From NCBI GenBank assembly GCA_030145425.1, contig JAQYVO010000195.1, positions 48,756 through 112,755 on the forward strand: a stretch of 64,000 nt of DNA, given 5' to 3'. Shown piece after piece: positions 48,681-58,236 of this stretch. The DNA comes from Chromatiales bacterium (GTDB lineage: Bacteria > Pseudomonadota > Gammaproteobacteria > Chromatiales > Chromatiaceae). Position numbers and translations under genes: made by a program. Within the stretch, counting starts at the first letter, position 1. Each line of letters starts with the position of its first letter. A model generated the notes under the pieces. The model had not been told where the DNA came from. It worked only from the letters and a program-made list of their open reading frames with translations, and did not search any database.

Positions 48681-49547
48681 ATGAGACAGAACCCAGACCC
48701 ACGCACCGCCCAGGTATTGAGGAGTCCGTCCTCTATTGGGGCTGCCCTTAGACACATGGCACCCCTGAAGCGAAAAGAAGGTCTGATCGGGTTGTTGCTG
48801 CTGGCCCTCATCCTTTCCTACTACCTCTTTGACTACGACCGGACGGTGTCGCAATTCATTGACCGGGCCTCGGAGCGGACCCTGGCGGCATTCGCCCTGG
48901 CGCGGGGAATCAACGCGGTGATTTCGGTCATCCAGGAGATCGAGATCGGCTTTACCCTGGGTGTCAGTGCAAACATCTCTCCCGGGCAGATTCTCGACCC
49001 GGTAAATGATCTTATCGAACGCTTTTCCCTGGTTATGCTTGTCGCCGCCACTGTCTTCTGGATCATGCGGCTGGCTGGAAATCTGCTCTACGGACCCGAT
49101 ACGCTCTGGCTGATGGGGTTGTTGTTCGCCGCGGGTCTGCTCCTGGTCCGCTCCAGACACGCCGCGCTGGGCACCCTGGGAGAACTCCTGCAGCGACTCA
49201 CCAGTATATTGATGATGCTGCTCGTTTTCGTGGTCACCACCCCCTTGCTGGTGGAGATTGTTCACGAGTCTGATCTGATCAGGTCTCAGTATGACGCAAC
49301 GTCACGGGAACTGTCCGAGGCAAAAGGCAAACTGGAAGAGATGAACCTGGAGATCGAGAGCTCCATTGGAGAGAAAGTAAATCGCTATATCGAACAGGCA
49401 GAGACAATCGCGGATGATATAAGCCGCCAGGTGGTAATCCAGATTGCCGTGTTCGTACTCGAGACCCTGCTGATTCCCCTTGCCTGTCTCTGGATTACCG
49501 CCTCTCTCATTTCCAGAGAGTACAAGGCCCAATTATCCCCCGGATAA
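48681..49547 (+). CDS. Hypothetical multi-TM membrane protein with a cytoplasmic coiled-coil segment
   Basis: 288 aa with at least five hydrophobic segments plus a charged helix SRELSEAKGKLEEMNLEIESSIGEKVNRYIEQAETIADD. Alternative ATG at 48756. Confidence 0.55.
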   Translation: MRQNPDPRTAQVLRSPSSIGAALRHMAPLKRKEGLIGLLLLALILSYYLFDYDRTVSQFIDRASERTLAAFALARGINAVISVIQEIEIGFTLGVSANISPGQILDPVNDLIERFSLVMLVAATVFWIMRLAGNLLYGPDTLWLMGLLFAAGLLLVRSRHAALGTLGELLQRLTSILMMLLVFVVTTPLLVEIVHESDLIRSQYDATSRELSEAKGKLEEMNLEIESSIGEKVNRYIEQAETIADDISRQVVIQIAVFVLETLLIPLACLWITASLISREYKAQLSPG

Positions 49548-49652
49548 AAGCAGTGGGGCCATTGAGCGTTTTAGCCGAAACATGTTCTTTATAAGAAGTG
49601 GACAATCCGGCCAACCTGTTTGGTCGACGCGCCCCACCTTTGAAACAATTTC

Positions 49653-50024
49653 TCACCAGTTTTCCCAGGTCGTGGTTTTGTATTCGTCGGCAGGACCCTC
49701 TTCGAACTCGGCTCCGGGTAAAAGGTCTTTCAGATTGTAATCATGCCGACGGCACCAGCGATTGCACTTCTTCAGGGCCGCCACTTCGATCTGTCGGATG
49801 CGTTCCCGACTGACTCCCAGTTGTTTGGCGACCTCTTCTAAGGTATGCGATTTGGTCATCAGCCGAATCTCCCATAAAAACTTCCTACTGCATCTATAGC
49901 GGCTGGAGAAAAGTTTTTTTAAGATCTGCTGATGCAGCTTGGAACGGAGACGCTTATGCGAATGCTTTTGTGGCCGTCCTAATGGTTGGCCGGTCCGGTC
50001 TACACCGAACGATTTAGCACCCAA
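49653..50024 (-). CDS. Stand-alone sigma-70 region-4-like HTH protein (or 3' remnant of a sigma factor gene)
   Basis: 123 aa. TLEEVAKQLGVSRERIRQIEVAALKKC is a textbook region 4.2 HTH, preceded by a 4.1-like segment. No regions 2 or 3 are present upstream. Confidence 0.5.
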   Translation of the reverse strand: MGAKSFGVDRTGQPLGRPQKHSHKRLRSKLHQQILKKLFSSRYRCSRKFLWEIRLMTKSHTLEEVAKQLGVSRERIRQIEVAALKKCNRWCRRHDYNLKDLLPGAEFEEGPADEYKTTTWENW

Positions 50025-50075
50025 AACCCCCTTTCATGTACGTCAGGGCGGGGAGTTTTATGGGGATGACTGCTT

Positions 50076-50240
50076 CTATTCTGCGGACTCCCCAACCTGA
50101 CAGTAATCGACCCGCAAAGGCGCGAAGGGTTCGCCCCACTGCAACCACGCGGGATTGATATTGAGTGCGATTGCCAAACCCGCAACAACACGTGGATGCC
50201 AGACCTTGCCGTTCTCGATCTTTTGAACAACAGCCTGATT
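50076..50240 (-). pseudogene. N-terminally truncated XRE/cI-type HTH fragment
   Basis: The frame reads ..[39 protein letters not shown].. (HTH helix 3 onward). There is no in-frame start after the tRNA-Pro terminator, and the upstream part of the frame overlaps the terminator and the tRNA. Confidence 0.35.
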
Positions 50241-50249
50241 GGTCCCCGA

Positions 50250-50288
50250 AAAATAAAAAAGCCACCCCGGTTTCCCGCTGAGTGGCTC
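50250..50288 (-). terminator. Intrinsic terminator of tRNA-Pro
   Basis: The minus strand reads AGCCACTCAGCGG-GAAA-CCGGGGTGGCT followed by TTTTTTATTTTT. Confidence 0.7.
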
Positions 50289-50315
50289 TATCTTCCTGGT
50301 CTTGATTTTGATTAT

Positions 50316-50392
50316 TGGTCGGGGCGAAAGGATTCGAACCTTCGACCCCCACAACCCCATTGTGGTGCGCTACCAGGCTGCGCTACGCCCCG
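50316..50392 (-). tRNA. tRNA-Pro (anticodon GGG), CCA encoded
   Basis: Reverse complement reads CGGGGCGTAGCGCAGCCTGGTAGCGCA-CCACA-ATGGGGT-TGTGG-GGGTC-GAAGGTTCGAATCCTTT-CGCCCCGACCA (77 nt). Confidence 0.9.
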
Positions 50393-50553
50393 ACGTGTGT
50401 CCGATGATGGATCCAGAAGTTATTGGAAGGCCTTGTCGAACCCTGCCCGATTATGATGTTGCCACCGACTGTTACCTATGGGACGACAGCCATCAGGAAT
50501 CAGAGCGCGAATACTAGGAGGAATGCCCCGCGATGTCAATGCAGCACCGGTGC

Positions 50554-50913
50554 TTACCGTTTGAGAATCTGGAGTACCTCTTCCAGTTCCGTGCGCAGTT
50601 GTCTGATGATCTGCTGGCTCTGCGCATTATCTTCTTTCATACCCTCGCCGGACATCTGCTGTCTTGCACCACCGATGGTAAAACCCTGCTCGTAAAGCAG
50701 ACTTCGAATCTGGCGGATCATGATTACGTCGTGACGCTGATAGTATCTCCGGTTGCCACGCCGCTTCACCGGTTTGAGCTGGGTAAACTCCTGCTCCCAA
50801 TAGCGCAGCACGTGGGGCTTGACCCCGCAGAGCTCGCTTACTTCGCCGATCGTGAAATAACGCTTGCCCGGTATCGCCGGCAGGTCTACCGTACTATTGT
50901 TCGCTTCCAGCAT
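50554..50913 (-). CDS. MerR-family transcriptional regulator
   Basis: 119 aa with [25 protein letters not shown]. Its position after ihfA and before tRNA-Pro matches Pseudomonas. Confidence 0.85.
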   Translation of the reverse strand: MLEANNSTVDLPAIPGKRYFTIGEVSELCGVKPHVLRYWEQEFTQLKPVKRRGNRRYYQRHDVIMIRQIRSLLYEQGFTIGGARQQMSGEGMKEDNAQSQQIIRQLRTELEEVLQILKR

Positions 50914-51193
50914 AAGCTTCCACCTTAGCCTTCAATTTCTGCCCGGGACGAAAGGTCACAACCCGCCTTGCCGATATCGGTATTTCCTCACCTGTCTTGG
51001 GGTTGCGCCCTGGACGCTGTTTTTTCTCTCGCAGGTCGAAGTTCCCGAATCCGGACAGCTTCACCTGTTCCCCATCCTCCAACGCGAGCCGGATCTTCTC
51101 GAAGAAGATCTCCACCATTTCCTTTGCTTCACGTTTGTTTAGCCCCAGTTCATCAAACAGCTTTTCAGCCATATCAGCCTTGGTCAACGCCAT
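50894..51193 (-). CDS. ihfA: Integration host factor alpha subunit
   Basis: 99 aa. Contains [34 protein letters not shown] and RRVVTFRPG. Confidence 0.95.
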   Translation of the reverse strand: MALTKADMAEKLFDELGLNKREAKEMVEIFFEKIRLALEDGEQVKLSGFGNFDLREKKQRPGRNPKTGEEIPISARRVVTFRPGQKLKAKVEAYAGSEQ

Positions 51194-51195
51194 TT

Positions 51196-53574
51196 TCAGT
51201 CTCTCAATTGTGCTTTTAGTTCGTTTTTGAGTTGCTGGATGATCCTTTCCACGATCCCCTCTACTTCCCTGTCTGTAAGAGTGTGCGAAGTTTCCTGTAA
51301 AATCAAGCCTAAAGCGAGACTTTTTAGACCTGAATCTATCTTCTCGCCAGTATAAACGTCAAATAGAACTATTTCTTTAAGTATTTCCGGAGCTACGCGC
51401 CTGATACAGTCTCCGACTAAGCTGAACTCGAGTTCCTCATCGACAACAATCGCAATATCCCTGCGTATGGAAGGAAACTTCGAAAGTACCTGAAAATCGG
51501 GCAGCCTGCCATCGAGCAGCCCATCGATTCTCAGCTCGAAAAGGAACATATTCCCTGGGAGATCAAGTTCTTGTTCGATCTGTGGATGCAGCATGCCTAT
51601 CCAGCCCAGTTGTTCCTTCCTGCGCATGATCTTTGCCGACTGCCCGGGATGCAATGATGGGTGCTCGGCAGCCTGAAAACCGAACGCTGCCGATACACCG
51701 GTCAGAGACAGTACGGCCTCCAGATCCCCCTTGAGGTCGTAGAAATCCACAGTCCGGGCCCGCTCACCCCACTGTTCTGCCGTCTTGGTTCCCGTTGCCA
51801 GCCCTGAAATCATTAATTCCTGTTTTATTTCAGTGTCTTTCTTTACAAACCTAAGACCTGACTCGAAGATTCTTATTCGCGTCTGCTGTCTCGCCTGGTT
51901 GTGTATCGCCGTCTGCAGCAGGCCCGGCCAGAGACTGGTGCGCATAATCGACATATCGGCGGAAATGGGGTTGCTCAATTCCACCGTCCCATGCTGCGGA
52001 TCCATCAGGTCGTGCATTTCCTTGCTGATGAAGCTGTAGGTGATGGCCTCGTTAAACCCCCTGTCCACCAGAACTTCCTTTGCCCGCAGCAGGTTGAACG
52101 CGATTTCCGGTTCACCCTGCATGACGGTTGCCACAGAGCTGCGATGGGTTGGGATTTCCGTATAGCCGTAGATGCGACCTATCTCCTCTATCAGGTCAAC
52201 CTCAATCTCAACGTCGAACCGACAGCTCGGTGCCGTAACCTTCCAGCCCTCCGGGTCTTCACTAACCTGCATATCCAGCCGGCTGAGTATGTCGAGAATC
52301 ATATCGTCATCTATCTCAACGCCAAGCAGCTTGTGCACCTTCCGGCGCCTCAACAGGACCTCGGGCCGCTGCGGGATATGACTCTCCGACACCGCCTCCA
52401 CTACGGGACCAGGTTCCCCGCCGACCATATTCAGCAACAGTTCAGTGGCCCGCTCGATCGCGGCCACCTGAAGATTGGGATCCACACCGCGCTCAAACCT
52501 GTGGGATGCATCGGTATGCATACCGTAGCTGCGTGCTTTACCGATAATCTCCGTGGGCGCGAAAAAGGCGCTTTCGAGCAGGATGTCCCGGGTATCAGGC
52601 GCCACGCCAGAGTACTCGCCGCCCATGATGCCGGCCATCGCAACGACCTTCTCTTCGTCTGCGATAACAAGGGTGTCTTCCCGCAGCGACAGCTCAGAGC
52701 CATCGAGCATCAGGAGTTTTTCATCCGGCGATGCCATGCGGACCCGTATGCCGTTCTTTAGCTGCCTGAGATCGAAGCCGTGCATCGGTTGCCCCAGTTC
52801 CAGCAGTATATAGTTGGTTACGTCCACTACCGGGCTGATGCTTCTCAAACCGCTGCGCCTCAGACGCTCCTGCATCCAGAGCGGGGTTGCGGCCTCCGGA
52901 TCGATGTTGCGTATGATCCGGCAGGCGTAACGGGGACAGGCTTTCGGTGCATCGAGCTCGACCGGGAAACGATCTTCTACTACCGCCTCCACGGGTTTTA
53001 GCGCCGGTGGCGTCACGGGACATCGGTTGATGACCCCAACCTCCCTGGCAACACCCGCCAGACCCAGGCAGTCTCCCCGATCAGGAGTCAGGTCCAAATC
53101 TATGGTCTTGTCATCCAGGTTCAGATACCGGCGGAAATCCTCACCGATGGGGGCATCGCCGGCCAGGGGCATGATGCCCTCTGAGGAGTCGGCCAGCCCC
53201 AGTTCAGCGGCGGAACAGATCATGCCTTGGGATTCCACACCTCGTAACTTTGCCTTTTTGATTTTGAAGTCACCGGGGAGTCTGGCGCCAACCAGTGCCA
53301 CGGGCACCTTCATCCCCGCCGCGACATTCGGGGCGCCACAGATAATCTGCCGTTGATCATCTGTGCCCACATCCACCATGCAAAGACTCAGCTTGTCGGC
53401 ATTCGGGTGTTGTTCTCTGGAGAGCACCTCCCCAACCACCACGCCTTCGAATTCGCCCGCAACGGGCGTGACCGAATCCACCTCGAGGCCGGCCATACTG
53501 AGCTGATCAGCCAGGGCTTCAGTATCGACGGCGGGGTCCACCCACTCACGCAACCAGGCTTCACTGAATTTCAT
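51196..53574 (-). CDS. pheT: Phenylalanyl-tRNA synthetase beta subunit
   Basis: 792 aa. Contains MKFSE.WLREW and the tRNA-binding, B3/4, B5 and FDX-ACB domains in order. Confidence 0.95.
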   Translation of the reverse strand: MKFSEAWLREWVDPAVDTEALADQLSMAGLEVDSVTPVAGEFEGVVVGEVLSREQHPNADKLSLCMVDVGTDDQRQIICGAPNVAAGMKVPVALVGARLPGDFKIKKAKLRGVESQGMICSAAELGLADSSEGIMPLAGDAPIGEDFRRYLNLDDKTIDLDLTPDRGDCLGLAGVAREVGVINRCPVTPPALKPVEAVVEDRFPVELDAPKACPRYACRIIRNIDPEAATPLWMQERLRRSGLRSISPVVDVTNYILLELGQPMHGFDLRQLKNGIRVRMASPDEKLLMLDGSELSLREDTLVIADEEKVVAMAGIMGGEYSGVAPDTRDILLESAFFAPTEIIGKARSYGMHTDASHRFERGVDPNLQVAAIERATELLLNMVGGEPGPVVEAVSESHIPQRPEVLLRRRKVHKLLGVEIDDDMILDILSRLDMQVSEDPEGWKVTAPSCRFDVEIEVDLIEEIGRIYGYTEIPTHRSSVATVMQGEPEIAFNLLRAKEVLVDRGFNEAITYSFISKEMHDLMDPQHGTVELSNPISADMSIMRTSLWPGLLQTAIHNQARQQTRIRIFESGLRFVKKDTEIKQELMISGLATGTKTAEQWGERARTVDFYDLKGDLEAVLSLTGVSAAFGFQAAEHPSLHPGQSAKIMRRKEQLGWIGMLHPQIEQELDLPGNMFLFELRIDGLLDGRLPDFQVLSKFPSIRRDIAIVVDEELEFSLVGDCIRRVAPEILKEIVLFDVYTGEKIDSGLKSLALGLILQETSHTLTDREVEGIVERIIQQLKNELKAQLRD

Positions 53575-53651
53575 ACCTTAATATTCCAGTTTCGTTCATT
53601 ACCAACAGGCTTGGTAGCCCGACTATCATGATTTCCAAAGGCGGTGGTGCA

Positions 53652-53730
53652 GCCGGTTGATGAGGTGTCAGCAGCATGGATGCTGCTGCCAAGCCTCCAG
53701 GGATGGATCTACGGCGTCCTCAACAACCGG
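53652..53730. repeat. Nested inverted repeats in the pheS-pheT spacer
   Basis: Outer arms are GCCGGTTGATGAGG (53652..53665) and CCTCAACAACCGG (53718..53730). The central perfect palindrome is CAGCAGCAT-GG-ATGCTGCTG (53669..53688). TGCTGCCAAGC is directly repeated at about 53684 and about 53780. Confidence 0.65.
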
Positions 53731-53796
53731 GTACATCACCGGCTCACGCACATTAGTACCTTTCCTGACTCGCTACACTTGCTGCCAAGCTTTTTT

Positions 53797-54840
<1,044 letters not shown>

Positions 54841-54842
54841 TC

Positions 54843-54882
54843 AGAAAAACAGAAAGGGGAAAGACCTGTCGGCCTTTCCCCT
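54843..54882 (-). terminator. Intrinsic terminator/attenuator between rplT and pheS
   Basis: The minus strand reads AGGGGAAAG-GCCGACAGGT-CTTTCCCCT followed by TTCTGTTTTTCT. Confidence 0.6.
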
Positions 54883-54929
54883 TGAACTTCCATCGTTACA
54901 GGTCCGCAACCGGCAACGTCAGCAAGCGA

Positions 54930-55289
54930 TCAGCTGGAGAGGCTGGCCTTTGCCTGTTCAGCCAGGACACTGAACGCCGGCTTGTCGAAGATAGCCAGAT
55001 CGGCCAGGATCTTGCGATCCACCTCGACTCCCGCCTTATGCAGACCATTGATCAATCGGCTGTAGGAGATACCGTTCTCTCTGGCACCCGCATTGATGCG
55101 GGCAATCCAGAGGGAGCGAAACTGGCGCTTCTTCTGCCGGCGGTCACGGTAGGCGTACTGGCCTGCCTTGATAACCGCCTGTTTGGCGACTCTGTATACA
55201 CTGTTGCGGGCGCCGTAGTAGCCCCTGGCTTGTTTCAGCACTTTTTTGTGTTTGGCGTGTGCTTGTACGCCGCGTTTTACGCGAGGCAT
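54930..55289 (-). CDS. rplT: 50S ribosomal protein L20
   Basis: 119 aa, MPRVKRGV.A....KKVLK.A.G. Confidence 0.97.
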   Translation of the reverse strand: MPRVKRGVQAHAKHKKVLKQARGYYGARNSVYRVAKQAVIKAGQYAYRDRRQKKRQFRSLWIARINAGARENGISYSRLINGLHKAGVEVDRKILADLAIFDKPAFSVLAEQAKASLSS

Positions 55290-55312
55290 GGGTAAAGTCT
55301 CCGGTTAATCTT

Positions 55313-55510
55313 CTAAGCGTAGGGAATCATTCGACGGGCGGCTGCCATATCGGATTTTGCCAGTTCGGCCGGTGACCGCAGCTGGCGTTTACGCTTGGTG
55401 GATTTCTTCGTCAGTATATGACGACGGTGGGACTGGCCCCGCTTGATGGCCCCGGAAGCAGTCTTTTTAAACCGCTTGGCCGCGCCTCGATTGGTCTTGA
55501 TTTTAGGCAT
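55313..55510 (-). CDS. rpmI: 50S ribosomal protein L35
   Basis: 65 aa, [17 protein letters not shown]. Confidence 0.97.
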   Translation of the reverse strand: MPKIKTNRGAAKRFKKTASGAIKRGQSHRRHILTKKSTKRKRQLRSPAELAKSDMAAARRMIPYA

Positions 55511-55539
55511 TTCAATACACTCCGCATTCGGTTAATAAC

Positions 55540-56058
55540 TCATTTTTTCTTGGGACGCAGCACCATTATCATCTGCCGACCTTCCATCTGGGGGGCCTGC
55601 TCGACTTCCCCATACTCCGCCAGGTCGGACTCGACGCGCTGCAGCATTTCCAATCCCAATTCCCTGTGGACGTGCTCTCGACCGCGGAACCGCATGGTCA
55701 CCTTGGTCTTGTCCCCCTCGCTTAGGAAACGTATCAGGTTGCGTAGTTTTACCTGATAATCTCCGATCCCCGTCCCTGGGCGAAATTTTATCTCTTTGAC
55801 TTGAACCTGTTTCTGTTTCTTTTTAGCCGTCTGTTTCTGCTTCTTCTGCTCGAATACGAACTTACCGTAGTCCATGATCCGGCAAACGGGCGGTTCGGCG
55901 TTCGGCACGATTTCCACCAGATCCAGCTTTACCTGATCGGCAGCCTCAAGCGCATCTTCGATTGATACGATCCCGACTTGGTCGCCCTCGGCGCCTATCA
56001 GCCTGACTTCCGGAGCCGATATGTCCTGGTTCAGGCGATTTCTTTTTGATGCGGCTAT
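55540..56058 (-). CDS. infC: Translation initiation factor IF-3, probable non-canonical AUA start
   Basis: Contains [40 protein letters not shown] and [22 protein letters not shown] lies 8 nt upstream of the in-frame ATA at 56058. The only other in-frame start is the TTG at 56094 used by the track, which would put that SD inside the coding region. Confidence 0.85.
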   Translation of the reverse strand: MAASKRNRLNQDISAPEVRLIGAEGDQVGIVSIEDALEAADQVKLDLVEIVPNAEPPVCRIMDYGKFVFEQKKQKQTAKKKQKQVQVKEIKFRPGTGIGDYQVKLRNLIRFLSEGDKTKVTMRFRGREHVHRELGLEMLQRVESDLAEYGEVEQAPQMEGRQMIMVLRPKKK

Positions 56059-56134
56059 AACTTTTTCTCCTAAGCAATCAAGCCTGCCCGACAAAACGAC
56101 ACCGCTCTCGCCGGCATCCGGTCAGGGCAAGCTC

Positions 56135-58045
56135 TCAATTCAATCGGCATGCGGCCTCTTTACCCAGTTTTTCTGAGAACGCCTCGACAGTCATACTGCC
56201 GAGATCCTCACCACTGCGTGTTCGGACCGCCACCGTCCCATTTTCCACCTCACGATCTCCCACAACCAGCAGGTAAGGGACACGTGACAATGTATGCTCG
56301 CGGATTTTAAAGCCGATCTTTTCGTTTCTCAAGTCCCTTTCGACCCTAAATCCCTGTTCTTTCAAGCTTACGGCCACTTTTTCCACAAATTCTGCCTGAC
56401 GATCGGTGATATTCATCACCATTACCTGCACGGGAGCAAGCCACAACGGCAGCGCACCGGCATAGTGTTCTATCAGAATCCCGATAAATCGTTCCAGGGA
56501 ACCAAGGATGGCCCGGTGCAGCATCACGGGCACCTGCTTGCTGTTATCATCTGCGATATAGTGGGCACCCAGGCGCCCCGGCATGGAAAAATCCAGCTGG
56601 ATTGTTCCCAGCTGCCAGACCCGGTTTAGGCAGTCCCGCAGGGAAAAGTCGATCTTGGGTCCGTAGAAAGCACCCTCCCCCGGCTGCAGTTCCCAAGCCA
56701 GATCCTTCTGATTCAGGGCATCCTCCAGGGACTTTTCGGCCTTGTCCCAGAGCTCATCGGCGCCCACGCGCTGTTCCGGGCGGGTTGAAAGCTTAACCAG
56801 CACATCCGTAAAACCGAAATCCCGGTAAACTTCGAACAACAAGTTCATGAAATCCGATACTTCGGAGAGAATCTGTTCCTCGGTACAGAATATATGGGCG
56901 TCATCCTGCACGAAGTTGCGCACCCGCATCAGGCCGTGCAGGGTCCCGGACGGCTCGTTGCGGTGACAGGACCCGAATTCCGCAAGACGCAGCGGCAGAT
57001 CACGATAACTCTTCAGGCCGTGGTTGTAGATCTGGATGTGGGCCGGGCAGTTCATCGGTTTCAAGGCGTAGTCGCGATTCTCCGAGTGGGTGGTGAAGAT
57101 CATGTCGCCGAACTTGTCCCAGTGACCCGATTTCTCCCAGAGACTGCGGTCGATAACCTGAGGCGTATGCACCTCCTGATAGCCGTTGTCCCTGAGCTTG
57201 TCACGGATGTACTGCTCGATCGTGAGATAGATCTGCCACCCCTTATCGTGCCAGAACACCATTCCGGGCGCCTCTTCCTGGGTATGGAACAGGTCCTGTG
57301 CCTTGCCGAGTTTGCGATGATCCCGTTTCTCGGCCTCCTCAAGGCGGTGCAGGTAGCCCTTGAGTTCCTTCTTGTCGCGCCAGGCCGTGCCGTAGACCCG
57401 CTGCAGCATCGCGTTTTTGGAATCGCCCCGCCAATAGGCGCCAGCCACCTTCATCAGCTTGAAGGCACCCAGATAACCGGTAGCAGGTACATGGGGACCG
57501 CGGCATAGATCCGTGAAATCGCCCTGATTGTAGAGCGACAAATCCTCATCCGAAGGGATCGATTCGATGATCTCCGCCTTGTAGTTCTCGCCCTGCTCCC
57601 GGAAGAATGCCACGGCTTGGTCACGTGCCATGAGGCTGCGTGCCACTGGATGATTGGCCTTGACCAACTGCTTCATCCTGGCTTCGATTGCCGTCAGGTC
57701 CTCCAACGTGAGCGGTTTCTCAAGGGAAAAATCGTAATAGAAGCCATCTTCGATAATCGGCCCGATGGTCACCTGGGCGTCGGGAAACAGCTGCTTCACC
57801 GCCTGGGCCATGAGATGGGCCGTGGAATGACGGATCACCTCCAGCCCATCCTCATCCCGGCCCGTCACGATGGCCAGGCTCGCATCCTCTTCTATCATAT
57901 GAGAGGTATCCACCAGTATGCCGTCCACTCTGCCTGCCAATGCCGCCTTGGCCAGACCGGGGCCTATGGCAGACGCAACATCATGGACTGAAACAGATTG
58001 ATCGAACTGGCGTGAAGAGCCGTCGGGAAGAGTGATCAGTGGCAT
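56135..58045 (-). CDS. thrS: Threonyl-tRNA synthetase
   Basis: 636 aa with TGS, editing, class II core and anticodon-binding domains. N-terminus [10 protein letters not shown]. Confidence 0.97.
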   Translation of the reverse strand: MPLITLPDGSSRQFDQSVSVHDVASAIGPGLAKAALAGRVDGILVDTSHMIEEDASLAIVTGRDEDGLEVIRHSTAHLMAQAVKQLFPDAQVTIGPIIEDGFYYDFSLEKPLTLEDLTAIEARMKQLVKANHPVARSLMARDQAVAFFREQGENYKAEIIESIPSDEDLSLYNQGDFTDLCRGPHVPATGYLGAFKLMKVAGAYWRGDSKNAMLQRVYGTAWRDKKELKGYLHRLEEAEKRDHRKLGKAQDLFHTQEEAPGMVFWHDKGWQIYLTIEQYIRDKLRDNGYQEVHTPQVIDRSLWEKSGHWDKFGDMIFTTHSENRDYALKPMNCPAHIQIYNHGLKSYRDLPLRLAEFGSCHRNEPSGTLHGLMRVRNFVQDDAHIFCTEEQILSEVSDFMNLLFEVYRDFGFTDVLVKLSTRPEQRVGADELWDKAEKSLEDALNQKDLAWELQPGEGAFYGPKIDFSLRDCLNRVWQLGTIQLDFSMPGRLGAHYIADDNSKQVPVMLHRAILGSLERFIGILIEHYAGALPLWLAPVQVMVMNITDRQAEFVEKVAVSLKEQGFRVERDLRNEKIGFKIREHTLSRVPYLLVVGDREVENGTVAVRTRSGEDLGSMTVEAFSEKLGKEAACRLN

Positions 58046-58063
58046 AACAATTTTCTCTCAGTG

Positions 58064-58084
58064 GTGGCCCATACGCGAGGCCAC
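58064..58084 (-). promoter_or_regulatory. thrS leader hairpin with CGU in a 7-nt loop (possible tRNA-Thr anticodon-arm mimic/operator)
   Basis: The minus strand reads GUGGCC-U-CGCGUAU-G-GGCCAC and ends 18 nt upstream of the thrS AUG. Confidence 0.35.
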
Positions 58085-58091
58085 TTGAATA

Positions 58092-58120
58092 AAAAAACCG
58101 GGCCCTTCCGGGTCCGGTCC
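58092..58120 (-). terminator. Intrinsic terminator after the molybdopterin oxidoreductase gene
   Basis: The minus strand reads GGACCGGACCC-GGAA-GGGCCCGGT followed by TTTTTTT. Confidence 0.65.
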
Positions 58121-58236
58121 TCAGTCATCTTCGGGCATGGTCGTCTTTCCAGGAACTGGGAAGTTCCCCCCGGCACCCGAGATGAACCGCTATTTTAGGG
58201 TTTTTCCGTTCAAAATCAACCACTGATACATTGGAC

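Noticed and set aside
50014-50360. Minus-strand ORFs 50014..50352 and 50076..50360 as intact genes
   Set aside because: Their 5' parts overlap tRNA-Pro and its terminator. Only the 3' portion of one frame resembles a protein (XRE HTH fragment), and that is reported as a possible pseudogene.
53700-53770. 22-codon ORF (MYPVVEDAVDPSLEAWQQHPCC) on the minus strand of the pheS-pheT spacer as a possible RiPP-like peptide
   Set aside because: There is no convincing SD, and the frame coincides with the palindromic repeats that explain the sequence. No modifying-enzyme genes are nearby.
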